NCBI GenBank assembly: GCA_964571085.1
Contig: CAZMZT010000002.1
Coordinates: 2,784 to 66,783 of the forward strand
Origin: an uncultured Candidatus Saccharibacteria bacterium
GTDB lineage: Bacteria; Patescibacteriota; Minisyncoccia; Phycocordibacterales; UBA9973
Length of the DNA stretch: 64,000 bases
Reading direction: 5' to 3'
The translations under genes and the position numbers were made by a program. Positions 1-8,814 of the stretch are shown one piece after another. The notes under the pieces are model-generated. The model did not search any database. It was given only the letters and a program-made list of their open reading frames with translations, and was not told where the DNA came from. Positions within the stretch are counted from its first letter, which is position 1, and every line of letters begins with the position of its first letter.

Positions 1-495
1 CCACTTCTTGATCATGTTGCCATCTTTATCGACTTGCACAAGTGTGTGCTGGTATGTGACACCGTACTTTTTCTTTAACTCTGTTTCCTTGTCATAATCA
101 GTTTTCAGTATAGTCACTCCTTCTGGGATAGATTTAAGGTTAGCTTCGATACTTGAATTAAGTCCACGGCATGATGGGCACCATGAAGCATGGAAGAATA
201 GTACTACGTCACCATTCTCTGCCTTTGCTATCTTTGTAGCGCTGTATGCCTCGTATGAACCGGCGACCATCATAGTTTCGTCCCTCTCTTCCATATTGGC
301 CCCATCTTTTTGCATCATGGCGTCCTTTTCTTCCATTGCCTTCTTTTCCATCATCATTTTTTCATCGGCCATCTTTTTGTTGTCCATAGCACTATCTACA
401 GCCACCTCACTCTTGTTATTCATAGATGCATATACACCTCCAATGATAACCAACAATGCGATGATACCAACTATAACACCTGTGTTTTTCTTCAT
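1..495 (-). CDS. Thioredoxin-fold protein (N-terminal 165 aa; the C-terminus lies beyond the window edge)
   Basis: The reverse-strand ORF starts at the ATG at 495. It has an N-terminal TM/signal segment, a Lys/Met/Glu-rich linker, then ...VVLFFHASWCPSCRGL..., which carries the thioredoxin CxxC (WCPSC) active-site motif. It is absent from the ORF track because it runs off the window. Confidence 0.6.
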   Translation of the reverse strand, partial: MKKNTGVIVGIIALLVIIGGVYASMNNKSEVAVDSAMDNKKMADEKMMMEKKAMEEKDAMMQKDGANMEERDETMMVAGSYEAYSATKIAKAENGDVVLFFHASWCPSCRGLNSSIEANLKSIPEGVTILKTDYDKETELKKKYGVTYQHTLVQVDKDGNMIKKW

Positions 496-540
496 AATAT
501 ATTTTTACTTACTTATATACCTACTAGTATAATTGAAACA

Positions 541-574
541 AAACTAGATGTAAAGTAAACTTTACATCTAGTTT
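541..574. terminator. Hairpin with a near-perfect 14-16 bp inverted repeat (AAACTAGATGTAAAGT / ACTTTACATCTAGTTT); likely a terminator or operator between convergent/adjacent minus-strand genes
   Basis: The palindrome is read directly from the sequence. It lies 60 nt downstream of the stop of the minus-strand ORF 635..997 and is followed on the minus strand by a T-rich stretch. Confidence 0.35.
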
Positions 575-634
575 GTGGACAACCGCTGTAAGCGAGCGGT
601 AGTCGCATGACTGCAACCGCTGTAACTCCGAGAT

Positions 635-997
635 CTATAGGTTCTTGTCGCTCCAGTGCCTGGTGGCTATTTTTACCATTACCATAGTTATAAGTGCGAC
701 AACAAGCCAAGGGTCCACAGTGTGGGTGTATCCTTGGATTACAATACCAAGCATCAGCACTCCAGAACCAGCAAGGAATGCATTCCTACCTGCTAGGGAC
801 TTGTGCTGTTCGTCTCTTTCGTCAACTGACTTTTCCCGAAGTATAAAGCTTGCAAACACTCCAAATACAACCAAAGCAGTGGCGAGCATACACATGACCA
901 TCATATCTGGCATCCAAAAGTGGAAAGGGTTCAGTAGTAGTATCGCTATCGCTACCAAAGCCACTGTTGCTATAGTTTCTCTAAGATTATTTTTCAT
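635..997 (-). CDS. Small integral membrane protein (3-4 TM), partner of the XRE regulator (DUF2178-like arrangement)
   Basis: 120-aa hydrophobic ORF that overlaps the stop of the upstream XRE gene. An HTH regulator paired with a small membrane protein is a common two-gene cassette. Confidence 0.45.
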   Translation of the reverse strand: MKNNLRETIATVALVAIAILLLNPFHFWMPDMMVMCMLATALVVFGVFASFILREKSVDERDEQHKSLAGRNAFLAGSGVLMLGIVIQGYTHTVDPWLVVALITMVMVKIATRHWSDKNL

Positions 998-1199
998 AAG
1001 ATATTTTAAATATTTTCTCGACAGGAACCTTGAAGAAGCCTGCGATTTTTAATGCTAGTAATATCGACGGGGTATAGTTGCCTTTCTCCAAAGCAATGAT
1101 AGTTTGGCGACTTACATTTACTTTAGAAGCGAGGTCTTCTTGGGTTACACCCGCATCTGATCTGTATTTACTTACTTCGTTTTTTATTTTCTCTGTCAT
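987..1199 (-). CDS. XRE-family helix-turn-helix transcriptional regulator
   Basis: ...SDAGVTQEDLASKVNVSRQTIIALEKGNYTPSILLALKIA... is a classic Cro/C1-type HTH. The start is taken at the internal Met (MTEKIK...) at 1199. Confidence 0.7.
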   Translation of the reverse strand: MTEKIKNEVSKYRSDAGVTQEDLASKVNVSRQTIIALEKGNYTPSILLALKIAGFFKVPVEKIFKISYEK

Positions 1200-1331
1200 A
1201 TATTGTGTTGCCTCGATTATACATACAGAGAACAACAATGTAAACCTATCTTTACTTTAGTATAGTCACAAACTGGTTTGCCTGCGCGTATCTACCCTTA
1301 GATCACTGGCATTATTCTTGTCATTAACTAG

Positions 1332-1730
1332 TTATGCTACTTTTATCTTTTTTAGCACTCCCTTTCTTTTGACTATGTTTTTGTAGTCCCATCGGATGTC
1401 TTTTGCTTTCTTTAGCCAGCGTTTGAGGTCCTTTAACTTTATTTGTGACACTTCGGTGTATCTGACTTCAGATGCCTTGAAGCTACCTTCGTTCTGCAAT
1501 CCTTCCTCCTTAAAGGACTGCCCACTCCAGAAGAGTAGTCGTACAGAGTCCTTTAGTTTGTCGTAGCCGACAACAGGGTTGCCATCTAGGAACCAGACAG
1601 GATTCCGGTGCCAGATCTTGTTCTCGGCCTTAGGAAGTGCTTTGTCTATCTCACTAGCAAGTAGGGTACATATCTTCTTGTCTTCTTTTGATAAGGCAGA
1701 GTTATATGATTTTATTTCTTTTGAGATCAT
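1332..1730 (-). CDS. DUF1801 (YdhG-like) domain protein
   Basis: 132-aa ORF with ...NPVWFLDGNPVVGY... resembling the DUF1801 family. The assignment is by recollection only. Confidence 0.35.
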   Translation of the reverse strand: MISKEIKSYNSALSKEDKKICTLLASEIDKALPKAENKIWHRNPVWFLDGNPVVGYDKLKDSVRLLFWSGQSFKEEGLQNEGSFKASEVRYTEVSQIKLKDLKRWLKKAKDIRWDYKNIVKRKGVLKKIKVA

Positions 1731-1820
1731 AGAGGTATTATAACATCATTTAAATAGCCTCCTCTAGTGTAGTTATTCTGGTGGTTTTTCTATGGTTTTA
1801 TGGTAATATATCGAGGTTAT

Positions 1821-1894
1821 TGCCGATTCGTCTAATGGTAGGACACATCCCTCTGGAGGATGGTATTGGGGTTCGAGTCCCTGATCGGCAGCCA
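1821..1894 (+). tRNA. tRNA-Gln (anticodon CUG), 74 nt with encoded CCA
   Basis: Cloverleaf folded by hand: acceptor TGCCGAT/ATCGGCA (7 bp); D-stem GTCT/GGAC; anticodon stem CATCC/GGATG with loop CTCTGGA (U33, CUG at positions 34-36); T-arm TGGGG-TTCGAGT-CCCTG; discriminator G73 plus CCA. The U1:A72 pair and G73 are known tRNA-Gln identity elements. Confidence 0.7.
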
Positions 1895-1906
1895 ACTTGA
1901 GCTAGC
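1895..1906. repeat. 12-bp att-like core ACTTGAGCTAGC immediately 3' of the tRNA. It is repeated exactly at 17039..17050 and is embedded in the 14-bp palindrome TTGAGCTAGCTCAA
   Basis: There is an exact 12-mer match between 1895..1906 and 17039..17050. The flanking 8 nt are also similar (GGCAGCCA vs GCCAGCAA). Confidence 0.55.
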
Positions 1907-2043
1907 TCAAAGATAGCTAGTAAAAGATAACTATACTGTAAATTGCATACCTGCTGAGAGCAGTATTCAGAACAAAAAGCACTTCCGATACGGAGGTGTT
2001 TTTTGTTGTTTTATATTACAACAAAGTATGCTATAATCTTTTT

Positions 2044-2250
2044 ATGAAAGATGATGCCAAAAAGTTGGGAGAAAATCTCAAAAAACTTAGGATCAAAAAA
2101 GATATTAGCCAAATAGAACTCGCCAGAATATTAGGCGTTGATCGATCTTTTGTGAGCAATATCGAAAACGGAAAGAATAATCCGACTCTTTCAACCATTA
2201 CTAGCTTAGCCAAGGCGTTAGGTGTTTCAACTAACGAACTTTTAAAATAA
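2044..2250 (+). CDS. XRE-family HTH regulator positioned like a restriction-modification controller (C) protein
   Basis: 69 aa: ...ISQIELARILGVDRSFVSNIENGKNNPTLSTITSLAKALGV.... Its stop is 1 nt before the start of the helicase/nuclease gene. Confidence 0.65.
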   Translation: MKDDAKKLGENLKKLRIKKDISQIELARILGVDRSFVSNIENGKNNPTLSTITSLAKALGVSTNELLK

Positions 2251-2251
2251 T

Positions 2252-5200
2252 ATGTCGTCATCAATAACAAACACCGGTGATAATACGCTTTCGTCAAACT
2301 TAAAGAGCATTTTGCCTAATTGTGACAAGGTAGATGCTTTGGTTGGATATTTTTACTTTTCTGGTTTTCGAGATTTACATCATGAGCTAAAAGACAAGCA
2401 GATCAGAATTTTAGTAGGAATGGATATCGATAAGAAAATACTTGATAGAGTTTCCACTCTTAAGGATTTAAATTTGGATTCATATACAACTGACACAAAG
2501 ACATCTTCTCGATCTATTGCAAAAGATGACTATATAGAAAACTTTTCAAGAATTTTCAACGATACTGATTTTTTCGATAATGATGAATCACAGCAAGCTT
2601 TTGAGATTTTTTTAGACAAAATTAAGGATGGAAGTTTGCAAATCAAAAAGACTGCACAAGCAAATCACTCAAAGTTCTATATTTTGCATAATAAACCTGA
2701 ATTCTCAACAAATGGAATCACACCAGGAATTGTTATTGAGGGTTCAAGTAATCTAACTTTTTCAGGATTAAAAGGACAAGGAGAACACAACCGTATTTTA
2801 ATGGAAAAACATTATTACGAGGATGATGTTAAACGTTTTGAATCTGTATGGGCTGATCCAGATAACATAGTTATTACTGATCTTGATTCAGCAGAGACAT
2901 TCATAAAAGAAGTAAAAGAAAAGATTTGGCTGTATGCTTTACCAAACCCACTCTTGATGTACTACAAAGTGCTCAATGAATATTTTGCTGTAACTGAAAT
3001 CGAAAACATGAAAACCCCAAAGCATATCACTGGGGGTAAATTTTCTGATCTTAAATACCAAAAGGATGCAATTAATTTAGGGATAGATCGTATTAAGAAA
3101 TTTGGCGGTGTGATTATTGCCGACGTGGTGGGTCTAGGAAAAAGTATTATTGCTTCTGCAATTGCTCACAACCTGGGCTATAAGACTATCATTATTGCAC
3201 CCCCTCACCTTGAAAGTCAGTGGAAAGATTACACAGCAGAGTTTGATTTTAAGGGTCACATCTATTCAACTGGAAAAATTGAAGAAGCATTACAACGACA
3301 CGGTAATGATGAAAGTAAGCTTTTGATAATTCTTGATGAAGCACACAAGCACCGAAATGAGGATACTGATAACTATAAGGTTTTACACAGACTTTGTGCT
3401 GGTAACTATGTAATGGCATTGTCTGCCACTCCTTTCAATAATGATCCAAAAGATATTTACGCACTAATTAAATTATTTAGTACCCCAGGACAATCAACTA
3501 TTAGAACAGTTGAAAATCTAAGTATGTCTTTCCATATGCTTTTCAAGCGATATAAAGCAGTTCGAAGAGATCTACGAAAGAACACAAAAGATGAGGGTGA
3601 TAATTCTGAAATTAAAATCGAACTACATTCAATCGCAGATGAATTGAGAAAAATGATTGAACCTTTGATTATTCGAAGATCTCGTCTTGATCTTGAAGAA
3701 ATAGAAGAATATAAGGATGACTTAAAGGCTCAAGGTGTTGCTTTTGCAAAAGTGAAAGATCCACAGCTTTTGGAATATGATCTTGGTGACATGTTTGATA
3801 TTTACGTTAAGACTCTTGAAAAAATTGCTCCAGAAGATAGAAGCACTAGTTTTATTGGTGCTAGATATAAACCAGCTTCATATATAAATCAAGGATCAAA
3901 ATTCCTTGAAAAACTTATTGAACAAGACGACGAAGACGGTATGTCTGCCGAAGAAAAACTTCAAAGAATTACACAAGCTCAAAGCAACCTTGCTCGATTC
4001 ATGAGAAGACTTCTTGTTCGTCGTTTTGAAAGTTCTGTTGGTGCTTTTAAATTATCATTAAGAAATATGATCACTTCTTCTGAAGCGATGCTTGATTGGT
4101 ATGAGAATCGACAGGAAGTTCCAATATTTAAAAAAGGTGTCTTGCCTGATTCTGAATATTTAAGTGAACTAGATGAAAAAGAATTAGAAGATACATTAAA
4201 TAAACTTGAAGATAAGGGTCTTATTAGAATTCCACTAAGCGAATTACAACCACAATTTGGTGACCACTTGAAACACGATATTGCTCTCCTCAAAGAGATT
4301 GATTCTGAATGGTCTGATAAAAATAGTGATCCAAAGTTTGAATTCTTTAAACAAAAGATTTCTCAATCATTAGCAGAAAATCCAAACAGAAAAATTGTCG
4401 TGTTTACAGAATTTTCTGATACTGCAAACTATGTATTCCAAAAACTACAAAAAGACGGCTTTGATCGTGTATTTAAGTATAGTTCAGAAGATGCTTCAGA
4501 TGAAAATAAGAGAATAATTAGATCAAACTTTGATGCAGGTCTTGAAGAATCAAAACAATCAAATGACTTCGATATTATTATTGCTACAGATGCAATTTCT
4601 GAAGGGTTCAACTTACACCGAGCAGGAGCAATCATCAACTATGATATTCCATACAACCCAACTCGTGTAATTCAACGTGTAGGACGTATTAACCGTATCA
4701 ACAGAAAAGTCTTTGACGAATTGTATATTTACAACTTTTTCCCAACACTTACTGGTGAATTAGAAACAAGAACAAAGGCAATCTCAACTTTGAAAATGGA
4801 TCTTATCCATACTCTTTTAGGTGAAGATACAAAGACTCTTACATCAGAAGAAGATTTGAAAAACTATTTTGCAAAACAGTACAAGGAAGAAAATAGTAAA
4901 AATGAAAGTCTATCCTGGGACGCACCATATCGAAATGCTTGGCTCAAGATTAAAGATGACAAGAAAATAATGGAGCAAATATCTCGAATTCCACACCGTT
5001 CAAGAATTGCTCGAAAAACAAAAGATATCAGTGGCGTAGTCGCTTTTGCAAAGAAAAGTGGAAACTATGTATTTGCTTTTGGAAAGACACCTGAAACTGT
5101 CGAAATCGTATCTCCTCAAGTAGCTCTTCCTTTGTTTAATCAAGTAATTGACTCAGAAGAATCACTACAAACAACAGTAAACTTTGATCCTATTTATAGA

Positions 5201-5545
5201 ATGGCAAAGGAACATATATTCAAAGACAATACAAAGGCCTCTGTTGATGGTGGTCGAAAACAAGATGCACTTAATCGAGTTAAGTTGCTTGGTGAATTAT
5301 ATCCTCAAGCAAAAGATCTTTGTTTGGACATAATAAGAGCAATAAAAGATCTTGACGCTCTTCCAAATGGTGTGCTTAAGGAGATTGTAGAACTTCGTAT
5401 TGATAAAACTAATCCAGAAAAAGCATATCTTGAACTCAAAGAACTTATTCCAAGCAAGTATATTGAAAGTATCTTTGAAACAGCAGATCGAGCTAATGAT
5501 GACGGTAAACTCATTGTTCTGTCTGAAGAATTAATCGCACTATGA
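2252..5545 (+). CDS. PLD-family nuclease domain fused to an SNF2/SF2 helicase (DEAH-box ATPase); the restriction/translocase-like subunit of a two-gene RM-like module
   Basis: The N-terminus has HSKFYILHN...GSSNLTFSG, a PLD-like HxK...GSxN motif. The helicase motifs are: I, VGLGKSIIAS; II, ILDEAHKHRN; III, LSATPFNN; VI, QRVGRINRI. The ORF is 1097 aa and shares a 4-nt overlap (ATGA) with the downstream methyltransferase. Confidence 0.75.
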   Translation: MSSSITNTGDNTLSSNLKSILPNCDKVDALVGYFYFSGFRDLHHELKDKQIRILVGMDIDKKILDRVSTLKDLNLDSYTTDTKTSSRSIAKDDYIENFSRIFNDTDFFDNDESQQAFEIFLDKIKDGSLQIKKTAQANHSKFYILHNKPEFSTNGITPGIVIEGSSNLTFSGLKGQGEHNRILMEKHYYEDDVKRFESVWADPDNIVITDLDSAETFIKEVKEKIWLYALPNPLLMYYKVLNEYFAVTEIENMKTPKHITGGKFSDLKYQKDAINLGIDRIKKFGGVIIADVVGLGKSIIASAIAHNLGYKTIIIAPPHLESQWKDYTAEFDFKGHIYSTGKIEEALQRHGNDESKLLIILDEAHKHRNEDTDNYKVLHRLCAGNYVMALSATPFNNDPKDIYALIKLFSTPGQSTIRTVENLSMSFHMLFKRYKAVRRDLRKNTKDEGDNSEIKIELHSIADELRKMIEPLIIRRSRLDLEEIEEYKDDLKAQGVAFAKVKDPQLLEYDLGDMFDIYVKTLEKIAPEDRSTSFIGARYKPASYINQGSKFLEKLIEQDDEDGMSAEEKLQRITQAQSNLARFMRRLLVRRFESSVGAFKLSLRNMITSSEAMLDWYENRQEVPIFKKGVLPDSEYLSELDEKELEDTLNKLEDKGLIRIPLSELQPQFGDHLKHDIALLKEIDSEWSDKNSDPKFEFFKQKISQSLAENPNRKIVVFTEFSDTANYVFQKLQKDGFDRVFKYSSEDASDENKRIIRSNFDAGLEESKQSNDFDIIIATDAISEGFNLHRAGAIINYDIPYNPTRVIQRVGRINRINRKVFDELYIYNFFPTLTGELETRTKAISTLKMDLIHTLLGEDTKTLTSEEDLKNYFAKQYKEENSKNESLSWDAPYRNAWLKIKDDKKIMEQISRIPHRSRIARKTKDISGVVAFAKKSGNYVFAFGKTPETVEIVSPQVALPLFNQVIDSEESLQTTVNFDPIYRMAKEHIFKDNTKASVDGGRKQDALNRVKLLGELYPQAKDLCLDIIRAIKDLDALPNGVLKEIVELRIDKTNPEKAYLELKELIPSKYIESIFETADRANDDGKLIVLSEELIAL

Positions 5546-8500
5546 AATTAAACGAAAAATACAATCCAGAATCTTTTGTTAATTTCATTCAAGATTTTCT
5601 TCCTGAAGATTTTAAATTAAGAGAAGAAGATATTGTAATTAACAAAGATAGATATAAAGAGATAACCAAAGCAAAGATTTTGGGTTTTTGTGAATCACTT
5701 GATTTGCATGTTTTGGAAATGGATCATACTCATGATAAAGATCCACGAGTAGCTATTGCGACGGATGCTTTTAAAATTTTGGCAGATCACTGGATCCACA
5801 GGGCTTTAGTTATTTTCAAGAGTAATGATTCTGATAATTATCGCTTTTCGTACCTCACGATAACTCTAGATCTCAATGATAAAAATAAAGTTATTAAAAA
5901 ATACTCTAATGCACGACGGTACTCTTTTTATCTAGGAAGTAGTGCAAAAGTAAGAACTCCAGAACAGCAACTTATTAAGAAAGGAAAGATTAAAGATGTA
6001 GATGACTTACTCAACCGTTTCTCCGTTGAGGTTGTAAACAAGCAATTTTATCTAGAAGTTGCAAAATTCTTTGATGAGCTTGTTTCTATAGAAGATCAAA
6101 ATCTTATTCTTCCTGGAGTGTCTGAGACAGATATAAATACTCGCAAGAGCTTTGCTGTTCGCCTTATTGGACGAGCAATGTTTTGTTGGTTCTTAAAGCA
6201 AAAGAAGTCAGATAACGGTCAGCTTGTTCCCGATGAAATCTTATCTTCAAAAGTTGTGTCAGATAATTATTATCATAATGTACTGGAACCTCTGTTCTTT
6301 GGAGTTTTGAATACTAGTATTGATGCTCGTGATATACGAACTGAACTTTTTGATAAAGTACCATACCTAAACGGTGGTCTCTTTAATCCTCAAACTGATG
6401 ATTATTATGAACTCGACCGTGGTACATTTGCTTCGAAATATATCAATACCCTCAAAATAAGTGATAAATGGTTTAAAGAATTTTTTGAGCTTCTTGAAAC
6501 ATACAATTTTACTATTGATGAAAACACGGTATTTGATCAAGAGCTTTCAGTTGATCCTGAAATGCTTGGTCGTATTTTTGAAAATCTCTTGGCTGAAATT
6601 AACCCAGAAACTGGAAGCAGTGAACGAAAGCGAACAGGAAGTTTTTATACTCCAAGACAGATTGTTGAATATATGGTTGATCAGTCTTTGATTGAATACT
6701 TTAAAACCAAAACAGATATTGAAGACAAGAAACTAAACGCCCTGGTTAGTTACGATTTAACTGACGATACTGAGTATCCTCTAGAACAAAAAGAAAAAGA
6801 GCAAATTATTAACGCGATAGAATCACTTAAAATCCTTGATCCTGCTTGTGGGTCAGGAGCATATCCTATCGGAGCACTTCAAAAGATTGTTTATATTCTG
6901 CAACAAGTAGATCCAGAGTGTACTCTTTGGCTTGATAAGAAACTTCAAGGTGTTCCTGATTTATACAAACAAAAGATAATCAACGAAGTAAAGCAAAACC
7001 CATTTGATTACACACGAAAACTGGATGTAATAAAAAACTCTATCTTTGGAGTAGATATTCAACCAATTGCGGTAGATGTATCTCGTCTGCGATGCTTTTT
7101 GACCTTGGTTGTTGAATCTGAAATTGATGATAATAAACCAAATCGTGGGATAGAACCACTTCCAAACTTGGACTTTAAATTCGTATGTGCGAATAGTTTA
7201 GTTCCTGCCCCAGAACAAGAAAAAACACAAGATCATTCATTATTTGGTGATGAGTTTCAAGATAAACTTTCGGTTGCTGTTGATGCCTACTTTTCTTCTT
7301 CAGGTGAAAATAAAAGAAATGCGAATAATGAAATCCATAAACTGATTGATAATAAAGTTAGGGAAAAATTAGCTCATCTAACTGGTCTTGTTTCTTATAA
7401 TGGAGATAAAAAAATGGAAGATATTCTAGCAAAAATGAATAAGAAGCAAATTGATAAGCATTCTAGAATATTAATCTTGTGGTCTAGTTATAAAAATATC
7501 TTCACAAATAAACCAGTGGATTTCTTTGACCCTCATTATTTTTTTCCTAGTGTTAAAAATGGATTCGATATTATTATTGCTAATCCACCATACGTAAGTA
7601 TTAATCAAATATCAAAAAACAAAGATTCCTTTACCTCTTACCTAAAAAGTGGAGATGCATCTTTGGGTAATTATTTAGGCATAAATTTACACAGCACTCC
7701 GATGTCTAGAAAAAAATATCCGCCGAAGCCTAATTTATACGCATTCTTTTTTGTAATGGCAAAAAAATTATGCACTAGTAATGGGATAATATCTTTCATT
7801 GTCCCGAAAGGGGTTCTAACAGCTAAAGATTTAGATACACTCAGATATTTATTCTTATCTAAAATGCAGCTTTTCTTACTTACTTCATTCAAAGAGGGTG
7901 TATTTAATCATAGTGAGACATCTAGTGGAAAGATTGCCACAAGTAGTTTGTTGGTTTTTTTAAAAAATACGACTATCGATAGCAACCATAAAATCAATAT
8001 ATCGAATGTAACAATTGGAGAATTGGGCAACGATGTATCTTCAAAAATTGACTCCAATATCCTTTTAGAGAATATAGATAATTGGAATTTAATATCAATG
8101 TCTGCTGAACAGTTATCTATACTAGCAAAATATAATAAAGGTAAGGATTTAAGTATTTATTATAATCATGAATCGGAAAGAGAGTCGATTCATAAATTTT
8201 ATTTTGATGTAGGTTTTACCCTAGATAAAAATAAAATAATCAAGGAGGAACCAATAAATCATTCTGAATACTATAGACTTTTTGAGTTTAAGGGAATTAA
8301 AACATACCGTCTTGAAACTAAAGATTATTATCCAAAAAATAAAAATTATATTGCACTTACTAAAAATAGCCAAGGTTATATAGTTCTAGATCAACAATAT
8401 AAAATTATTTGGAGTGTTAAGAACCCATCTGCTTTTGGTTTTACGGATGAAGAAGTTATATTTCCAATGGGTAAAGCCGCTATAATTGCTAGTAATGATA

Positions 8501-8814
8501 AAAATGAAATATTATTTTTACTTTCTATTTTAAATTCTAAAATTACTTGGTTTATTTTAACCATATTATTAAAACACGAGGGCGAAAAAGATATGCTAGT
8601 TCCAATTTCGTCAATAAAAAATTATATTAGAATACCAGATATTAAAAAAGAGCAAAAAAATGAAATTATAAAAATTTCTAATGAAATTACACAGTATAAA
8701 ATAAAAAATGATGAAAAGATGTCTGTAGAGCTTGAGAAAAAGATAGACGATTTGATATTAGATTATTTTGGTTATACTGAAGCTGAAAAAGAAATTATAA
8801 GAAGCTCTAACTAA
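5542..8814 (+). CDS. Eco57I-like gamma-class N6-adenine DNA methyltransferase with a long AT-rich C-terminal tail (target-recognition-like; ~1090 aa)
   Basis: The motifs are: X, TGSFYTPRQIVEYMVD; I, ILDPACGSGAYPIGAL; IV, FDIIIANPPYV. The X-I-IV order indicates gamma class. The ~450-aa C-terminal tail sits in very AT-rich DNA. Confidence 0.8.
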   Translation: MKLNEKYNPESFVNFIQDFLPEDFKLREEDIVINKDRYKEITKAKILGFCESLDLHVLEMDHTHDKDPRVAIATDAFKILADHWIHRALVIFKSNDSDNYRFSYLTITLDLNDKNKVIKKYSNARRYSFYLGSSAKVRTPEQQLIKKGKIKDVDDLLNRFSVEVVNKQFYLEVAKFFDELVSIEDQNLILPGVSETDINTRKSFAVRLIGRAMFCWFLKQKKSDNGQLVPDEILSSKVVSDNYYHNVLEPLFFGVLNTSIDARDIRTELFDKVPYLNGGLFNPQTDDYYELDRGTFASKYINTLKISDKWFKEFFELLETYNFTIDENTVFDQELSVDPEMLGRIFENLLAEINPETGSSERKRTGSFYTPRQIVEYMVDQSLIEYFKTKTDIEDKKLNALVSYDLTDDTEYPLEQKEKEQIINAIESLKILDPACGSGAYPIGALQKIVYILQQVDPECTLWLDKKLQGVPDLYKQKIINEVKQNPFDYTRKLDVIKNSIFGVDIQPIAVDVSRLRCFLTLVVESEIDDNKPNRGIEPLPNLDFKFVCANSLVPAPEQEKTQDHSLFGDEFQDKLSVAVDAYFSSSGENKRNANNEIHKLIDNKVREKLAHLTGLVSYNGDKKMEDILAKMNKKQIDKHSRILILWSSYKNIFTNKPVDFFDPHYFFPSVKNGFDIIIANPPYVSINQISKNKDSFTSYLKSGDASLGNYLGINLHSTPMSRKKYPPKPNLYAFFFVMAKKLCTSNGIISFIVPKGVLTAKDLDTLRYLFLSKMQLFLLTSFKEGVFNHSETSSGKIATSSLLVFLKNTTIDSNHKINISNVTIGELGNDVSSKIDSNILLENIDNWNLISMSAEQLSILAKYNKGKDLSIYYNHESERESIHKFYFDVGFTLDKNKIIKEEPINHSEYYRLFEFKGIKTYRLETKDYYPKNKNYIALTKNSQGYIVLDQQYKIIWSVKNPSAFGFTDEEVIFPMGKAAIIASNDKNEILFLLSILNSKITWFILTILLKHEGEKDMLVPISSIKNYIRIPDIKKEQKNEIIKISNEITQYKIKNDEKMSVELEKKIDDLILDYFGYTEAEKEIIRSSN

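Noticed and set aside
3979-4293. Antisense or alternative-frame ORFs inside long genes (for example 3979..4293, 4429..4638, 9266..9697, 9552..9932, 19286..19729, 47468..47704, 52703..53224)
   Set aside because: Each lies entirely within a longer, motif-supported CDS on the other strand or frame. They are typical shadow ORFs of moderate-GC coding DNA.
2252-8814. Assigning the helicase/MTase pair to DISARM (class 1) or BREX (PglX-like MTase)
   Set aside because: The defining partners are absent. No DrmA/DrmB (DUF1998) genes and no PglZ/BrxC/BrxL-like genes occur anywhere in the window. The resemblance is noted, but the module is described only as RM-like.
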